Shown piece by piece: positions 16,800-25,631 of a stretch of DNA of 50,775 nt. Source of the stretch: Aquificales bacterium. GTDB taxonomy: Bacteria; Aquificota; Aquificia; Aquificales; QOAS01. Made by a program: the position numbers and the translations under genes. The stretch covers positions 1 to 50,775 of the forward strand of contig JALVTI010000030.1 in NCBI GenBank assembly GCA_027035985.1. The letters are read 5' to 3'. Within the stretch, counting starts at the first letter, position 1; every line of letters begins with the position of its first letter. Below the pieces are notes generated by a model that saw only the letters and a list, made by a program, of their open reading frames with translations, ran no database searches and was not told the origin of the DNA.

Positions 16800-17321
16800 C
16801 TAATTTTTGGAAGCCTTTAAAGTCGGCTCCATAGAGAGTAAGGAGAGCAAAACCTCCAAAAGGTGGGCGTAGGGATTTTTGTCCCCCTTAAGGTTTTTGT
16901 AAATCTTTTCAACCTCTTTGAGGTATTCGGTCAATATCTCTTTCCCCTTTTCGGTGTTTTCCAGAGATGCGAACTCCAACACGAGGGGGAGGTAATCGGG
17001 AAGTTCCCTGTTGGGGGTAAGACCTTCTTTCAGATAGACCTCCTTCAGGCGGGCTAAGACCTCCCCCCTCTCCCTTTCGTCCCCGTATCGGTGGTAGGTC
17101 AAATAAAGGCTGTATTTGGTGGAAAAGTCAAAGGTAGAAACGTAAAACTCTTTGAGTTCCCTTTCGGTTTGTTTTCCCGCCCACTCGAGGAAGGGTTTCA
17201 ATTTTTCCCCGAAGGGGAGTTCCTTAACCAGTTCCTCCCTTTGTTTCACAATTTCCCAAAATTCCTCCTCGGGGTAATCCAAAAGTATGGAGAGAAGCCT
17301 AAAGAGGAGTTTTTCTTCCAT
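16800..17321 (-). CDS. narJ: nitrate reductase molybdenum-cofactor assembly chaperone
   Basis: 173-aa acidic helical protein between narH and narI, with the NarJ/TorD-like size and position. GAGGG lies upstream of the ATG. Confidence 0.8.
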   Translation of the reverse strand: MEEKLLFRLLSILLDYPEEEFWEIVKQREELVKELPFGEKLKPFLEWAGKQTERELKEFYVSTFDFSTKYSLYLTYHRYGDERERGEVLARLKEVYLKEGLTPNRELPDYLPLVLEFASLENTEKGKEILTEYLKEVEKIYKNLKGDKNPYAHLLEVLLSLLSMEPTLKASKN

Positions 17322-17331
17322 CTTTTAACCC

Positions 17332-18804
17332 TCAATGTCCTTTGCAAAAGTCGCAGGGTGGTTTGTAGTCGTATCCGGTAAAGCCCTGCTCCTTAAAGGT
17401 GTTTTCGAACTGCTCCTTATTCGTGGTGGGTATAACGAAACGCTCCTCGTATTTAGCCACCGCCAGAAGCCTGTGGAGTTCTTTTGCCTTCTTCCTGTTT
17501 AACCCGACCTCTTCGAGGATTTTGTCGTTGAACTCCTCCTCTTTTCCGAGTTGGACTGCCCTCATATACATGCGCATGGCGAGGAGTTTTTTGAGTATCT
17601 TCCTTATCGGTTCCTCGTTTCCGGCGGTGAAGAGTTTAGCGAGGTATTTGATGGGTATTCTCATTTCGTCTATTGCGGGGAATATCTCTATATCGCTGTA
17701 GCCCTTGGAATTCATTACCCTCAATATGGGGCTAAGGGGCGGTATATACCAGACCATCGGTAGGGTGCGGTATTCGGGGTGCAGGGGCAGGGCGACTTCG
17801 AACTCTTTAACCAATTTGTATATAGGCGAGCGGACGGCGGCGTCTATCCAGTCGTATCTGATACCCTCTTTCTCCGCCAATTTTTGAACCTCTTTGTCGG
17901 TGGGGTCTAAGATAAGCCCGAGCATTGCGGAGTAGATGTCTCCCTCGGGGGCGCTTGCCGCTTCCTTTACCTTATCGGCGTCGTAAAAGACTATTCCCAC
18001 ATAGCGGATTCTTCCAACGCAGGTTTCGCTGCATACGGTGGGAAGACCCGCCTCAAACCTCGGGTAGCAGAAGATGCACTTTTCCGCCTTGTGGGTGTCC
18101 CAGTTGAAGTAGACCTTTTTGTAGGGACAGGCGGATATGCAGAACCTCCAGCCTCTGCACATATCCTGGTCGACTAGAACTATTCCGTCTTCGTCCCTCT
18201 TGTACATAGCCCCCGACGGGCAGGCGGCCACGCAGGCGGGGTTCAGACAGTGGTTGCAGAGCCTGGGCAGGTAGAAGAAGAAACTCCTTTCAAACTCGAG
18301 GGTTATCTCCTTTTCGAGGTCTTCGGTGATGTTGGGGTCTTTCAACATATATTCGGGTGAGCCGGCGAGGTCGTCCTCCCAGTTGGGTCCCCATTCTATC
18401 TTTTCCATATACTCACCGGTGAGCTTCGATTTGGGACGGGCTACCGGTTGGTATTTGGAGGGTTTCGCCTTTATCAGCTTTTCATAGTCGTAGTCCCAAG
18501 GCTCGTAGTAGTCGTCTATGGTCGGCATATGGGGGTTGTGGAAGATGTTTATGTACTCGAAGAGTTTTCCACCCTGTTTTAACTCCAATTTGCCGTTTTT
18601 ATTTTCCCATCCACCCTTATAGTGTTCCTGGTCTTCCCACCTCTTGGGGTAACCTATTCCCGGCTTGGTTTCGACGTTGTTCCACCACATATATTCGGTG
18701 CCGTCGCGGTTCGTCCAGGTGTTTTTACAGGTAATACTGCAGGTATGGCAACCGATACACTTGTCAAGATTTATAACCATACCCACGTTGGTTTTAAGCT
18801 TCAT
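17332..18804 (-). CDS. narH: respiratory nitrate reductase beta subunit (Fe-S)
   Basis: Cys clusters CIGCHTCSITC, CNHCLNPACVAACP, CRGWRFCISACP and CIFCYPR. ATG 18804 (MKLKTNVGMVINLDKC) follows GGAGGTGG by 5 nt; the ORF-track TTG 18819 lies within the Shine-Dalgarno. Confidence 0.9.
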   Translation of the reverse strand: MKLKTNVGMVINLDKCIGCHTCSITCKNTWTNRDGTEYMWWNNVETKPGIGYPKRWEDQEHYKGGWENKNGKLELKQGGKLFEYINIFHNPHMPTIDDYYEPWDYDYEKLIKAKPSKYQPVARPKSKLTGEYMEKIEWGPNWEDDLAGSPEYMLKDPNITEDLEKEITLEFERSFFFYLPRLCNHCLNPACVAACPSGAMYKRDEDGIVLVDQDMCRGWRFCISACPYKKVYFNWDTHKAEKCIFCYPRFEAGLPTVCSETCVGRIRYVGIVFYDADKVKEAASAPEGDIYSAMLGLILDPTDKEVQKLAEKEGIRYDWIDAAVRSPIYKLVKEFEVALPLHPEYRTLPMVWYIPPLSPILRVMNSKGYSDIEIFPAIDEMRIPIKYLAKLFTAGNEEPIRKILKKLLAMRMYMRAVQLGKEEEFNDKILEEVGLNRKKAKELHRLLAVAKYEERFVIPTTNKEQFENTFKEQGFTGYDYKPPCDFCKGH

Positions 18805-18838
18805 TTTTTCCACCTCCAAAGGTTAAAAGAGGGGAGGG

Positions 18839-21800
18839 TTAGACCTCCACCTCGGGGAAAACGGGCTTTTCAACCTTGCGGATGTAAACCACCTCGTCCC
18901 TTTGGGTTCCGGTGGGTCCGTAGTAGTTGAAACCGTAGGCGAGCTGCGCGTAAGCGCCCACCGCGTGGGTCGGTTTTATGTGGATTTTTGCCGCTGCGTT
19001 GTGGGAACCGCCCACCTGACCGGTGGTTTCGCTTATGGGAACGAAGATAGTCCTATCCTGGGCGTGGTACATAAAGGCTGTTCCCCTCGGTATCCTGTGG
19101 CTAACAACGGCGCGGGCTACAATTACCCCGTTTCTGTTTACCAATTCAATCCAATCGTTGTCTTTTACCCCTATCTCTTTGGCATCCTGGTCGTTAATCC
19201 AAACGTACTGCCCGCCCCTAAAGAGGGTTAACATCCTGATGTTGTCAAAGAAAGTGGAGTGAATATGCCATTTACCGTGGGGTGTTAGATAGCGCACCTT
19301 AATGGTTTTCGATTTTTTAACCGTTTCGGGAACCTTTTCGTCGAACTCAAAGGGTTGCAGTTTTAGGGGCGGTTTGTATACGGGCAGAGCCTCGCCTATT
19401 TCTAAAAAGAGCTCGTGGTCGAGCATAAACTGCTGCCTACCGGTTAGGGTTCGGAAAGGTATCAGCAGTTCGGTGTTATTTGTAAAGGGAGCGAAACGCC
19501 TGGGGGCTTTCATATGGGTTATATCGGGCACGGGCGGTTTTTCGTCGAACTTTTCCCAAATCTCCTGTAGGTGCCTGTAATCCTCGGTGTTTCCGGTAAA
19601 TATCGGCGTGGAGACCGTAACCCTGGGTTGGATGGACAGGTCGTCGAAGGTGAACTTTTGGGCTTCGTAGTCTTTTGCCACATCGGAAATCGGCAGACCG
19701 GTTTTCTCCTCGGCATTCTTCCAAGCCTTGGAGGCGACGCGCCCGTTGGAGCAGCTGGAGAGCGTCAATACCATATTAGCCGCCTGCTTTGCGTATTCGA
19801 TGTTTGGCTTACCCGCCGCGGCTCCGTCGTCGCGGGTGCCGAGGAGTTCCTTCAGCTCCTCGTATTCCTCTTTTGCAGACCACTTCCACCCGTGGGCTCC
19901 GAAGGGTTTTTCCGCTACGAGGGGTCCCACCGAAATGTATTTGTTGTAAATCTGGGTGTAATCGCGCTCGACTATGGCTATTTGGGGCATAGTCTTGCCC
20001 GGTATGGGTTCGACCTCGCCCTTTTTCCAATCCAACACCTTACCGTAGGGCTGGGCTATTTCGAAGGGGGTGTCGTGCATCAAGGGTACCGTTACTACAT
20101 CCTTGTAGGTGCCGGGAAGGTGTTCCTTCGCCAGCTCGGAGAACTTCTTCGCCAATCCTTTGAAGATATCCCAGTCGGAACGGGCTTCCCAAGGCGGGTC
20201 TATTGCGGCGTTGAACACGTGCAGGAAGGGGTGCATATCGGTACTGCTCAGGTCTTCTTTCTCATACCAGGTAGCCGCCGGTAGAACGACGTCGGAGTAT
20301 AGGGCTGTGCCCGCTATTCTGAAGTCGAGGTTTACAACCAGGTCGACTTTACCGATAGGTGCGGGAGTTCTGACCTTTACCTCCTCGGGTTTTATCGGGC
20401 TGTCCTCGGCGAGCAAGCCGCCGTTTTCTGAACCGAGCATATGCTTGATGAAGTACTCGTGCCCCTTACCGCCCGCCGACAGCCAGTTAGCCCTCCAAAC
20501 GAAGAAGCTCCTGGGGAAGTTTACCGGGTTGCCGGGGTCGGCTACCGCAAAGTCGAGCTCCCCTTTCTTGAGCTGTTCGACCACGTATTTGACTATTTCC
20601 TCGTTGCTCTTAGCCCCGTTTTGCTCCGCCTCTTTCGCCAGCTCTATGGAGCTCTTGTTAAACTGCGGGTAGTGGGGAAGCCATCCGAGCCTTACCGCCA
20701 GATAGAGGTAGTCGGCGGGGTGTTTGTAGCGGGGTTTAACCAGCGGCGAGGCGAGGTTTTCCATATCGATGTCTTCGTAGCGGTATTGCTCGCTCGCGAA
20801 GTAGTAGAAGGTCGTCGCGTTCTGAACTCTGGGGGGCAGATGCCAATCCCTCGCAAATGCCAAGGTAGCCCACCCCTCGAAGGGTCTAACCTTTTCCTGT
20901 CCGACGTAGTGAGCCCAGCCGCCGCCGTTTCTACCCTCGGAGCCGGTGAGCATCACCAGGTTGAGAATCGCCCTGTAGATGATGTCTGCGTTGTACCAGT
21001 GGTTGATACCGGCTCCCATTATTATCATCGAGCGGCCTTTCGTAAGGGCGGCGTTGCGGGCGAACTCCCTGGCAATCCTTATAACCTGCTCGGCGGGAAC
21101 GCCGGTGAATTTCTCCTGCCATTTGGGGGTGTGGGGTTGGTCGTCCTCGTAGGATTTGGGATAGCCCTCCTCGACGCCGGGACGGGCTACACCGAAGTTC
21201 GCAAACATCAAATCCAACACGGTGGTTACGTAAACCTCCCCGTCGGGGGTTTGAAGTTTTTTTACCGGTATAGCCCTCTTTAGGACTCCCTTGGTTTCGT
21301 CGTCGAAGTAGGGGAGTTTTACCGTTACAACCTCGTCGTGGATACCCAAAAGGGTCAGTGCGGGGTCTATTTTGTTCCCCTCTTCGTCCTCCAGCTTTAG
21401 GTTCCACTTTTTGGAGTCTTCCCAGCGGTATCCGACCGTTCCGTTGGGGAGAACCGGTCTGTTCGATTTTTGGTCCCAAACGACCAGCTTCCACTCGGCG
21501 TTGGACACATCCTTACCTATATCGGTTGCCCTTAGGAACCTCTCTATAACAAAGCCGTCATCCTCTTTTTTAAGGAGCACCAAGAAAGGTAAGTCGGTGT
21601 AGCGCTTTGCGTATTCCTGAAAGTAGGGCTCCTGATGGTCGGCGTAAAACTCCTTTAGGATAACGTGGGTCATTCCCATTGCGAGGGCGCCGTCGGTTCC
21701 CGCCCTCACCGCTACCCACTCGTCGGCGAACTTGACCGATTCGGCGTAGTCGGGGCTTACCGAAACAACCTTTGCGCCTTTGTAGCGCACCTCGGTCATA

Positions 21801-22612
21801 AAGTGGGCGTCGGGCGAGCGGGTCATAGGAACGTTGGAGCCCCACATTATGAGGTAGTCGGCGTTATACCAGTCTCCACTTTCGGGGACGTCGGTCTGCT
21901 CTCCCCATACCTGCGGAGATGCGGGAGGTAGGTCGGCATACCAGTCGTAGAAGCTGAGCATAGTCCCGCCGATGAGCGATAGAAACCTCGCACCGGAGGC
22001 GTAGCTCACCATCGACATCGCCGGTATGGGGGTAAAACCGGCTATCCTGTCGGGTCCGTATTTCTTAATGGTGTGTATGAGCTGCGAGGCGATAAGCTCG
22101 TAGGCTTCGTCCCAGGAGACCCTTACAAATCCGCCCCTACCCCTTTGGGATTTGTATTTCCTCTCCTTCTCGGGGTCGCCGAGGATTATTTCCCAAGCCT
22201 TTACGGGGTCGCCGCCGCTTTGCTTTTTAGCCTCCCTCCAGAGGTCGAGCAAAACACCCCTTACGTAAGGGTATTTAACCCTTAGGGGGCTGTAGATATA
22301 CCAGGAGAAGCTTGCACCCCTCGGGCATCCCCTCGGTTCGTATTCGGGAAAATCGGGACCCGTCGAGGGGTAATCTATAGCCTGGTGCTCCCAGGTGATG
22401 ACGCCGTTTTTCACATATACCTTCCAACGGCAGGAACCGGTGCAATTAACCCCGTGGGTGGTATAGACAAATTTGTCGTAACTGTAGCGGTTTCTATAAA
22501 AATCCTCCCACTCCCTGTCGTAGGACATTAGGGCGGAGTGTCCCCCCGAATACTTTTCCCTGGCGGTGAAGTGCTTCAACCGCCTGAGCAGGTATGAAAA
22601 TTTCCTCTTCAT
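18839..22612 (-). CDS. narG: respiratory nitrate reductase alpha subunit (Mo-bisMGD)
   Basis: 1257 aa. N-terminal FS0 motif HGVNCTGSC. Molybdopterin-oxidoreductase architecture throughout. AAGGGGGA Shine-Dalgarno lies 6 nt upstream of the ATG. Confidence 0.92.
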   Translation of the reverse strand: MKRKFSYLLRRLKHFTAREKYSGGHSALMSYDREWEDFYRNRYSYDKFVYTTHGVNCTGSCRWKVYVKNGVITWEHQAIDYPSTGPDFPEYEPRGCPRGASFSWYIYSPLRVKYPYVRGVLLDLWREAKKQSGGDPVKAWEIILGDPEKERKYKSQRGRGGFVRVSWDEAYELIASQLIHTIKKYGPDRIAGFTPIPAMSMVSYASGARFLSLIGGTMLSFYDWYADLPPASPQVWGEQTDVPESGDWYNADYLIMWGSNVPMTRSPDAHFMTEVRYKGAKVVSVSPDYAESVKFADEWVAVRAGTDGALAMGMTHVILKEFYADHQEPYFQEYAKRYTDLPFLVLLKKEDDGFVIERFLRATDIGKDVSNAEWKLVVWDQKSNRPVLPNGTVGYRWEDSKKWNLKLEDEEGNKIDPALTLLGIHDEVVTVKLPYFDDETKGVLKRAIPVKKLQTPDGEVYVTTVLDLMFANFGVARPGVEEGYPKSYEDDQPHTPKWQEKFTGVPAEQVIRIAREFARNAALTKGRSMIIMGAGINHWYNADIIYRAILNLVMLTGSEGRNGGGWAHYVGQEKVRPFEGWATLAFARDWHLPPRVQNATTFYYFASEQYRYEDIDMENLASPLVKPRYKHPADYLYLAVRLGWLPHYPQFNKSSIELAKEAEQNGAKSNEEIVKYVVEQLKKGELDFAVADPGNPVNFPRSFFVWRANWLSAGGKGHEYFIKHMLGSENGGLLAEDSPIKPEEVKVRTPAPIGKVDLVVNLDFRIAGTALYSDVVLPAATWYEKEDLSSTDMHPFLHVFNAAIDPPWEARSDWDIFKGLAKKFSELAKEHLPGTYKDVVTVPLMHDTPFEIAQPYGKVLDWKKGEVEPIPGKTMPQIAIVERDYTQIYNKYISVGPLVAEKPFGAHGWKWSAKEEYEELKELLGTRDDGAAAGKPNIEYAKQAANMVLTLSSCSNGRVASKAWKNAEEKTGLPISDVAKDYEAQKFTFDDLSIQPRVTVSTPIFTGNTEDYRHLQEIWEKFDEKPPVPDITHMKAPRRFAPFTNNTELLIPFRTLTGRQQFMLDHELFLEIGEALPVYKPPLKLQPFEFDEKVPETVKKSKTIKVRYLTPHGKWHIHSTFFDNIRMLTLFRGGQYVWINDQDAKEIGVKDNDWIELVNRNGVIVARAVVSHRIPRGTAFMYHAQDRTIFVPISETTGQVGGSHNAAAKIHIKPTHAVGAYAQLAYGFNYYGPTGTQRDEVVYIRKVEKPVFPEVEV

Positions 22613-22659
22613 TCGAAATCCCCCTTGACAATTAGAGTAATATGAAAAAAGTCAGAATG

Positions 22660-22669
22660 TCAAATTTGA
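22660..22669. promoter_or_regulatory. perfect palindrome TCAAATTTGA overlapping a TTGACA -35-like hexamer upstream of narG
   Basis: Read directly, 48 nt upstream of the narG ATG. On the minus strand TTGACA occupies 22663-22658. The best -10-like hexamer (TATTAC) is at only 15-nt spacing, so the promoter call is weak. Confidence 0.25.
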
Positions 22670-22694
22670 TGGAATAAGAAAATAATAAGGATTT

Positions 22695-23471
22695 TTATTT
22701 GTCCCCTAACAGGCTTTCCAAATAGAGTCCCCCGAAATGGGTTAGAAAGTAATAGAACGCTATCGGGGTGAAAAACATAGAAAAGAGCATCGATGCGAGG
22801 ACTAAAAACTGCATGGTAGCCGCCTGCAGGGGCGGGATGCCGGCTAGGAGCAGACCGACCATAACCCCCGGTATGTGGACTATACCCGCCGCCTTTAGCA
22901 TGTCCCTAATAACGACGGTCGTCAGGGGAATAGCCCTTTTCAGGATATAGGAGCGAACCGCCGACGGCGAAGCACCGAGGGCGAACATTCCCTCCAAAAC
23001 CCCCGCCTCCTTGACCAGCAGGTCGCCCACGTATTGGGAAAAGAGGGAAATCGAGCGCATGCCCGCCGCCAGCAAAAGACCGGCGAAGGGTATCAGCAGG
23101 TGGGGTTCGACCCCCAAAATGCCGACCGCCCCGTAGAGGGCTAAGAGCAAATAGTTGACCGCCGCAATCGCCACGAGGGCGGACAGAAAAACCGCCTTGC
23201 GGCTGTAAGCCTTAAGCCCAAACCTCTTTGAGGCTATAAAGGCGGCGTTGGCTGTCATAACGGCGACCACCGCAAGGGTTAGGAAGATATTTGAAACCTT
23301 TACCAGGTAGAGGATTACCGACCCTATAAGGAGCAGTTGCAAAAAGGAGGAGACCGAAACGGGTAGTATCTCCCTCCAAATCCCTATTTTGGTCTTTAAA
23401 TCGAACAGAACCACCGAGAGGATGAGGAGGTAGGCGAGAACCACCTCCGTAAGGGTTTGGTTTAAGTCCAT
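22695..23471 (-). CDS. UPF0014 (FetB/YbbM-like) ABC-type permease
   Basis: Multi-TM protein. LQLLLIGSVILYLVK...VMTANAAFIASKRF matches the YbbM/FetB pattern. There is no adjacent ATPase partner. Confidence 0.6.
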   Translation of the reverse strand: MDLNQTLTEVVLAYLLILSVVLFDLKTKIGIWREILPVSVSSFLQLLLIGSVILYLVKVSNIFLTLAVVAVMTANAAFIASKRFGLKAYSRKAVFLSALVAIAAVNYLLLALYGAVGILGVEPHLLIPFAGLLLAAGMRSISLFSQYVGDLLVKEAGVLEGMFALGASPSAVRSYILKRAIPLTTVVIRDMLKAAGIVHIPGVMVGLLLAGIPPLQAATMQFLVLASMLFSMFFTPIAFYYFLTHFGGLYLESLLGDK

Positions 23472-23522
23472 AAAGCGGAAACTATTATGGGAAAAGACCC
23501 CACGCGGAGCGCGGGCTTAGGT

Positions 23523-24419
23523 TTAAACGAACATAAGCCAGCCGAGGGGGTGTCTGTCGACCGTTATCTCCCTCGTCTCCTTGAAGAGCTCGGAGGCGAA
23601 ACCCAATTCGGTTATAGCCTTGAATATCTCGCTTAGGTGGTGCTCCTCCTTCCTGCCCTTTCCCTTTTCGATGCGCTCGTAGATAAAGAGCTCCGCACCG
23701 AAGGGCAAAATACCGGCGTGGTAGTTAACCCTTACGAGCCTCTCCCCGCTTTCGGCTTCTATATCCTCGAGGCGGCGGACTATATCGCTATACCCCCTGT
23801 CGGCGAAAAATTCCTTATCGGCTTCCAGCACCTTGCGGGAGAAGTGGTTTACCACCTCCAAGAGGCGGTTTTCCTTAAAGACTCCGTAGAGTTCCGGCTT
23901 TTGGGCGTGGCTTTCGTATTCCTCCACCCTTTGGGTGTCAACCTCGAAGTCCCCCGCAAAGGTGGAGTTTCTTAGGGCGACCTTTCGGAGTCCTATAAAC
24001 CTCTTCGATTTCCCCACCAGTTTAATTTTCTTCTTTTTAATCTCCCCGCTTTGGAGCTCGAATTCGGAGACCTTTAGGAGGTTTAGGAGGTTCTTCTCCT
24101 CCTCGTAGTTGATAACCTCGCCCTCAACTATCTCCGGTTCGCCGCCGCAGAGCACCTTCTTTTCCAGCCAGAGGGCTATAGCCTCCAGCTGTCTCCTAAC
24201 CTCTTGGCGGTTCTCCCTATTTTCGCGGTAGAAGTCGAACCACCAGAGAAGTTTTTTGTAAAACTCGTCGAAGAGCTCCTTATTGCGGTATAGGTTCTCG
24301 TAAACGAGTGCGTTCTTCAGGAGGTCTTTTAAGGTTTCCCCCTTCAGGAATACCTTTTCCCCCGCGAAGCGGGCTACCGCATTTGTTAACATTACATCGC
24401 TCAAAGCCTTTAATTCCAT
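23523..24419 (-). CDS. hypothetical protein (298 aa)
   Basis: Long ORF with coding-like composition. No family recognised. Confidence 0.5.
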   Translation of the reverse strand: MELKALSDVMLTNAVARFAGEKVFLKGETLKDLLKNALVYENLYRNKELFDEFYKKLLWWFDFYRENRENRQEVRRQLEAIALWLEKKVLCGGEPEIVEGEVINYEEEKNLLNLLKVSEFELQSGEIKKKKIKLVGKSKRFIGLRKVALRNSTFAGDFEVDTQRVEEYESHAQKPELYGVFKENRLLEVVNHFSRKVLEADKEFFADRGYSDIVRRLEDIEAESGERLVRVNYHAGILPFGAELFIYERIEKGKGRKEEHHLSEIFKAITELGFASELFKETREITVDRHPLGWLMFV

Positions 24420-24438
24420 AGAACTAAAAATTTATAGC

Positions 24439-24453
24439 CCCTTCGGGGGAAAA
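24439..24453. repeat. CCCTTCGGGGGAAAA hairpin motif, copy 2 (divergent region before lpxB)
   Basis: Exact 15-mer. CCCC-TTCG-GGGG forms a UUCG-type tetraloop stem. Confidence 0.4.
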
Positions 24454-24509
24454 TTCTCCAAAGGTGGGTGCAAATTGTATCATTACCCCTAAGGGTTGCC
24501 GGTCGGAAG

Positions 24510-25604
24510 ATGCCGAAAAAGGTCTTTTTCTCCCTCGGAGACCGCTCCGCCGATAGGATTCTCTCGAAAATCCTCCCCCATCTGGAGGGCGATTTCGAAC
24601 TCTACGGCATGGGTGGGAGATACACCGAAAACCTCCTCCAAAAGGTGGGAAATGTGGAAGACATAACCGCAACGGGGCTTTTTGAAGTCCTTCCCAAGTT
24701 GGGGAGGATAGTGGCGACCAAGAGGCGGGTTTTGGATTTCCTTAAAAGGGAAAAACCCCACGCCCTGGTTGCGGTCGACGCGCCCGGCTTCAACCTCCCC
24801 CTGATAAAGCGGGCGAGGGAACTCGGCATAAGGCGGGTTGTCTACTACATCCTCCCCCAAATTTGGGCTTGGAAGGAGGGGAGAAAATACACCCTCGCGA
24901 GGTATAGCGACAGCCTTATCTCCATACTCCCCTTTGAGGAGAGATACTTTTCCGACCTAAAGGTGGATTTCGTCTACGCGGGACACCCCTCGGTGGAACT
25001 CCTAAAGGATATTCCAAACGAGAAACCCCTTAGGGAGGACTACTTCGTCGTCTTTCCCGGCAGTAGGACTTCGGAGGTTAGGAGACACCTAAAGGTGTTG
25101 GAAAAGGCTATCCCCCTCGCGGTTAAGGAATTTTCCCTCCGACCGGTGGTTTTGGCTTTCCGCTCCCACCGGAGGTTTTTGAGAAAACTCCACTCCCTAT
25201 GCAGGGTGGTTTACATAGACGCCAACCCCGAAAGGGGGCATCTGTTTATAAAGCACGCCCGCTTCGGGTGGATAAAGTCGGGAACGACCGCCTTCGAGAC
25301 CGCCCTTTTAGGAACGCCCCACCTCCTCTTTTACCGGGTCAGCCGTCCCACCTACTGGATAGCCAAACGGCTCGTCAAAACCCCCCACCTGCACCTGGCG
25401 AACGTGATCCTCGGCGAGGGGGTAATCCCCGAACTGGTTCAAGACCGATTCACCCCCGAAGGGTTGATAAAGGCAACCTACCGCCTATTGGAGGAACCGG
25501 AATATTGGAGGGAACACTTTTCGGTTCTAAGGGAGAAATTGAGACCCCCGAAGGGGTCGGTATTCGAATACACCGCGGAGGTTCTAAAGGAGAAGATAGG
25601 CTAA
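24510..25604 (+). CDS. lpxB: lipid-A-disaccharide synthase
   Basis: KVFFSLGDRSAD at the N-terminus, then VAVDAPGFNLPLIKRARELGIRRVVYYILPQIWAWKEGR and KSGTTAFETALLGTP. The ORF-track TTG 24468 adds 14 unlikely residues. Confidence 0.85.
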   Translation: MPKKVFFSLGDRSADRILSKILPHLEGDFELYGMGGRYTENLLQKVGNVEDITATGLFEVLPKLGRIVATKRRVLDFLKREKPHALVAVDAPGFNLPLIKRARELGIRRVVYYILPQIWAWKEGRKYTLARYSDSLISILPFEERYFSDLKVDFVYAGHPSVELLKDIPNEKPLREDYFVVFPGSRTSEVRRHLKVLEKAIPLAVKEFSLRPVVLAFRSHRRFLRKLHSLCRVVYIDANPERGHLFIKHARFGWIKSGTTAFETALLGTPHLLFYRVSRPTYWIAKRLVKTPHLHLANVILGEGVIPELVQDRFTPEGLIKATYRLLEEPEYWREHFSVLREKLRPPKGSVFEYTAEVLKEKIG

Positions 25605-25631
25605 CCTTCGGGGGTTAAATTAAGCTCTTTA

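Noticed and set aside
18902-22285. Many 60-280-aa ORFs on both strands inside narG (for example 19571..20284, 20441..21283, 20931..21494), and likewise inside trpE, leuA, pnp, ligA, polX and narH.
   Set aside because: They lie wholly within strongly supported long genes. They have Arg/Gly/Pro-rich low-complexity translations typical of shadow frames in GC-richer coding DNA, and no Shine-Dalgarno or family motifs.
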